This document shows positions 59,847 through 64,000 of a DNA stretch of 64,000 bases, one piece after another. Under the pieces are notes generated by a model, which ran no database searches, had not been told where the DNA came from, and was given only the letters and a program-made list of their open reading frames with translations. Origin of the DNA: Hormiphora californensis (Eukaryota > Animalia > Ctenophora); the NCBI GenBank assembly GCA_020137815.1, contig CM035353.1:6944001-7008000 (forward strand). Direction: 5' to 3'. How positions within the stretch are numbered: position 1 is the first letter of the stretch; each line of letters starts with the position of its first letter. The translations under genes and the position numbers were made by a program.

Positions 59847-62800
59847 TAGGGTTTGTCGTCATATTGCATTAACATGTGCCTAGTTAATAATGTTTTGTTG
59901 TCAGTGACACGATTTTTGGTGACACATAATCTATTGTGCATAACATGTAGAGTAACATAGGATTACAAAGCCTGTATATGTAATGAGTGACGACAGGGTG
60001 GAGATAGATATGATACAAGCAGGAAGATATGAGAAAGAGAGGGAAGGGAACATAGCTGGAAAGATGTAGTGTGAGATAATAAAGATGCGTAGTGCGTAGT
60101 GCAGAGTGCTACAACAAGATCATGGCCCTTCCTACTAGGTAATTCTAGTTGGGTGTTACATGGGCAGTCATTTGATTGGCCTAAGCAGGAGTCCTATGAC
60201 AGCCCGGTATCGACTATCAGACTCAGGTATCCTATGTAGCATGGACATTGGACAAAGTATGATATAGTGACTTTACAAATCCCAGCATGAGTCCCATGAT
60301 TGTTACCGACCGAATCAGGAAATACTGGTCCCTGATTGGCTGATAACCAGTCACTTGACCTAAATAACGAGTTCTGATTGGTTGTTTACTTGTTTGTTAC
60401 TCACCTCGACCTCAGCTGAGTTATCAGCCACTTCATTAACATGGTTCTCAACAGCAGCAGATTCGACCTGAAACAAAGTGTGTGTGTGTAAAATGAGCAA
60501 TTAGGGTGACAGGAGAGAGAGGTTACAAAATCAAATCTTAGAATTATAACAGAATTTCTCTCACACATGACACACAGACAACAACGTGCAAAGAGCGGCT
60601 GTGAAAGAATATTTTATGATTTTATGATTCACGGCGCAGCTAGGTTGACCGGATGCACATGGCTACCGCGATTTGAAAAAGGTAACGCGTCTAGTACTGT
60701 AAGGTGTGGAGCTGGAAATAAAATAAAGTAGCCGTGCCAAACAAAAAAGTACTAAAACTAGAAACAGAAAAGAGAATTACATTTGCAGCGTTTGGAGAAA
60801 TCAGACTTCAATCAGAGGTATACACGGGGGCCGCAGAGAGATCTCCTCCCTCCCTCTCTTGAGTGTGTGTGTTATAGTGTGCAGGGGGTGCCAAAAACAC
60901 AAAGATCACTGAGTAGCAGAACGTTCATCACTACGTCATATACGAACATGAATGCAAACCGTATTCGTTTCTTCATCAGCTGTAGTAACATGAGACGTCT
61001 CGGTGGAAACCTCAGTGCTGACTATATCCCCCTCTCTGCTGACCACCTTCCCCCCTCTGCTTGTCCCCTGGTCTCCACTACTGCACAGATTCTCTCTAGC
61101 TTCCTCCTCCTCTAATTCAGGCGAGATGGAAGGTTCACTAAGCGCCAGTAGCTCCGGTTCGGTTTCAGAGAAAATACTTTCATCTCCTCGTGAGGGTTCC
61201 CGCGCCACAGGTTCGTTTATTTCAAGGTTAGCTTCGGCTTCCGATTCAACATGATTGTCAGAAGCATTAAGGCTTCCGAGTTCCAGAACAGATTGTTTGT
61301 CATCCACATCAACAGGAACAGGTTCAGTTGCTGCAGGGACAGGTTCAGCTGCTGCAGGAACAGGTTCAGCTGCTGCAGGAACAGGTTCAGCGGCTTCAAG
61401 AACAGGTTCAGCTGCTGCAGGAACAGGTTCAGCTGCAGGAACAGGTTCAGCGGCTTCAGGAACAGGTGCAGCTGCGGCAGGAACAGGTTCAGCTGCTGCA
61501 GGAACAGGTTCAGCTGCTGCAGGAACAGGTTCAGCTGCTACAGGAACAGGTTCAGCGGCTGCAGGGACAGGTTCAGCGGCTGCAGGGACAGGTTCAGCTG
61601 CTTCAGGAACAGATTCAGTGGCTGCAGGAACAGGGTCAGCTGCTTCAGGAACAGGTTCAGCTGCTGCAGAAACAGGTTCAGCTGCTTCAGGAACAGGTGC
61701 AGCTGCGGCAGGAACAGGTTCAGCTGCTGCAGGAACAGGTTCAGCTTCAGGAACAGGTTCAGCTGCTGCAGGAACAGGTTCGGCGGCTTCAGGAACAGGT
61801 TCAGCTGCTGCAGGAACAGGTTCAGCGGCTGCAGGAACAGATTCAGCTGCTGCAGGAACAGATTCAGCTGCTGCAGGAACAGGTTCAGTAGCTACAGGAA
61901 CAGGTTCAGTGGCTACAGGAACAGGTTCAGCTGCTGAAGGGACAGGTTCAGCAGCTTCAGGAACAGGTTCAGCTGCTGCAGGAACAGGTTCAGCTGCAGG
62001 AACAGATTCAACTGCTTCAGGAACAGGTTCAGGAACAGGTTCAGCGGCTGCAGGAACAGGTTCAGTTGCAGCAGGAACAGGTTCAGCTTCAGGAACAGGT
62101 TCAGGAACAGGTTCAGCGGCTGCAGGAACAGGTTCAGCTGCTGCAGGGACAGATTCAGCGGCTGCAGGAACAGGTTCAGCGGCTGCAGGAACAGATTCAG
62201 CTGCTGCAGGAACAGGTTCAGTTGCTTCAGGAACAGGTTCAGCGGCTGCAGGAACAGGTTCAGCTGCTTCAGGAACAGGTTCAGCTGCTGCAGGAACAGG
62301 TTCAGCTGCTGCAGGAACAGGTTCAGCAGCTGCAGGAACAGTTTCAGCGGCTGCAGGAACAGGTTCAGCTGCAGGAACAGGTTCAGCTTCAGGAACAGGT
62401 TCAGCTGCTGCAAGAACAGGTTCAGCTGCTGCAGGAACAGGTTCAGTTGCTGCAGGAACAGGTTCAGCGGCTGCAGGAACAGGTTTAGCGGCTGCAGGAA
62501 CAGGTTTAGCGGCTGCAGGAACAGGTTCAGCTGCTGCAGGAACAGGCTCAGCTACAGGAACAGGTTCAGCTTCACGAACAGGTTCATGGGTTGCAGGAAC
62601 AGGTTCAGCTGCTGCAGGAACAGGTTCAGCTGCTTCAGGAACAGGTTCAGCTGCTTCAGGAACAGGTTCAGCTGCTTCAGAAACAGGTTCAGTGGCTGCA
62701 GGAACAGATTCAACTGCTTCAGGAACAGGTTCAGCGGCTGCAGGAACAGGTTCAGCTGCAGGAACAGATTCATCTGATGTAGGAACAGGTTCAGCTGCTT

Positions 62801-63985
62801 CAGGAACAGGTTCAGCGGCTGCAGGAACAGGTTCAGTGGCTTCAGGAACAGGTTCAGCGGCTTCAGGAACAGGTTCAGCTGCTGCAGTGACAGGTTCAGC
62901 TGCTGCAGGAACAGGTTCAGCTGCTGCAGGAACAGGTTCAGCGGCTTCAGGAACAGGTTCAGCGGCTTCAGGAACAGGTTCAGCGGCTGCAGGAACAGGT
63001 TCAGCGGCTGCATGAACAGTTTCAGCGGCTTCAGGAACAGGTTCAGCGGCTTCAGGAACAGTTTCAGCTGCTGCAGGAACATGTTCAGCGGCTTCAGGAA
63101 CAGGTTCAGCGGCTTCAGGAACAGTTTCAGCTGCTGCAGGAACAGTTTCAGCGGCTTCAGGAACAGGTTCAGCTGCTTCAGAAGCATGTTCAGGTGCAAG
63201 TTCTGGTTCAGTTGCTGGTTCAGCTGCTTCATTTATTTCATGTTTTTCAATGGAAGTAACGTCCGATGAAATACCCTGAGGAAACATGCTTCATGCAATG
63301 AATGTATAAATGCACATACATGCGTCTTTATACAAAACAACATACACATTTAATGATTAGAATCGTGTTTATGTAAAGTAAAACAGAAGTTATATTATAT
63401 TATACTATAGAAATCACTTAGTGATCGTGCAACCAACCTGTTGAGGTGCAGTTTCAGTCTCAGTTGATGCCGGATCCTCAGCCTGAAAATACAGTTTGGT
63501 GAACTGAATCAGTAGTTACAAATCGTACATGTAGAACGGATCATCTACAAAGAAGCATAACCAGCTCACAACTGTTTTGGTGGAAGACTTCCATCATCTT
63601 ATTCTTGGGGGCATTCTAACTGGAATTGCTAAACTCTAAACATGTACCTCAACTGGTGCGTCCTCCTGGGGTGGGGTAACCTGTTCCTCGACCCTCTCTG
63701 TCTCCTCTGTGTGTTCAATACCAGCTCTTTCATCACACGCTCCACACTCTTCCTGCGCTACTGTTCCAGATTCAACCTGGGACATAAAGGTTATTATTTT
63801 AGGAAATAAGGTTGGGGTGTGATATTCTGCATATAATTGATTTAGTACCTCAACTGGTGCCGCATCCTCCTGCTGGGGTGGTGTAACCTGTTCCTCGACT
63901 CTCTCTTCCTCTTCTGCGTGTTCAATACCAGCTCTTTCATCACACGCTCCACACTCTTCCTGCGCTACTGTTCCAGATTCAACCT
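49693..63985 (-). CDS. Large low-complexity protein gene (starts beyond the window): acidic exons, 772-codon AAEPVP repeat exon, coiled coil, Lys/Pro/Ala-rich tail with alternative 3' ends
   Basis: Approximate exons 63985-63848, 63776-63647, 63482-63438, 63275-60960, 60467-60405, 59686-59552, 59460-59373, 58965-58816, 58554-58509, 58377-58314, then phase-compatible 51992-51893, 51400-51370, 50634-50533, 49718-49693. The core (58.3-64 kb) is well supported; the extension to 49.7 kb is inferred from phases. Confidence 0.7.
49770..50365. mobile_element. Helentron-like (HINE) short element
   Basis: Subterminal inverted CCGACCCGAAA / TTTCGGGTCGG, the latter followed by hairpin GGGGCCTTGCCAGGCCCC. 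Confidence 0.5.
52660..53160. repeat. (GA)n microsatellites
   Basis: Direct reading; similar tracts at 24085, 33950, 55070, 59740. Confidence 0.9.
56328..56506. mobile_element. Tigger-like MITE with internal 15-bp repeats CTCGATATACCGGA(G/T/C)
   Basis: ta|CAGTCAAACCTCGATATACC ... TCGAGGTTTGAAGCTG|ta. Confidence 0.8.
60301..60400 (-). repeat. Short interspersed repeat recalled from Pleurobrachia; a diverged copy lies at ~20015-20090
   Basis: Reverse strand reads KQPIRTRYLGQVTGYQPIRDQYFLIRSV; two related copies in the window. Confidence 0.65.
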
Positions 63986-64000
63986 GGGACATAAAGGTTA

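Noticed and set aside
61255-63015. 586-aa silk-like (GTGSAAA)n ORF and QEQVQLL / LNLFLQQ ORFs
   Set aside because: Antisense or alternate frames of the 21-bp coding repeat; only the AAEPVP frame has splice sites and non-repetitive flanks

Overview
This is eukaryotic, intron-rich, repeat-dense animal DNA. It is probably from a pleurobrachiid ctenophore, an inference from the interspersed repeat at ~60300 (translates KQPIRTRYLGQVTGYQPIRDQYFLIRSV) and the CAGTCGGACCCCGATTTACCGGG MITE family, both of which I recall from Pleurobrachia. Left to right: (1) the 5' exons of a gene with a mitochondrial-type presequence, whose second intron holds an 8.4-kb TA-flanked foldback element (30-bp satellite, nested hAT MITE, inverted arrays of a self-complementary 494-bp unit); (2) a Gypsy LTR retrotransposon with an intact extra ORF carrying a RanBP2 zinc finger; (3) a low-quality homopolymer-distorted stretch; (4) a tailed insert between exact 256-bp direct repeats; (5) the 3' part of a Fat-like cadherin/EGF/LamG gene, whose 7.8-kb intron nests an antisense LURP-one-related gene and an Asp-rich/Arg-rich secreted prepropeptide gene; (6) Helentron-like repeats, tRNA-Phe and NDUFAF6; (7) a long minus-strand gene with a 2.3-kb AAEPVP-repeat exon. 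A recurring oddity is intronic tandem arrays built from the splice acceptor plus the first bases of the next exon. All exon models were read by eye and no database searches were run.
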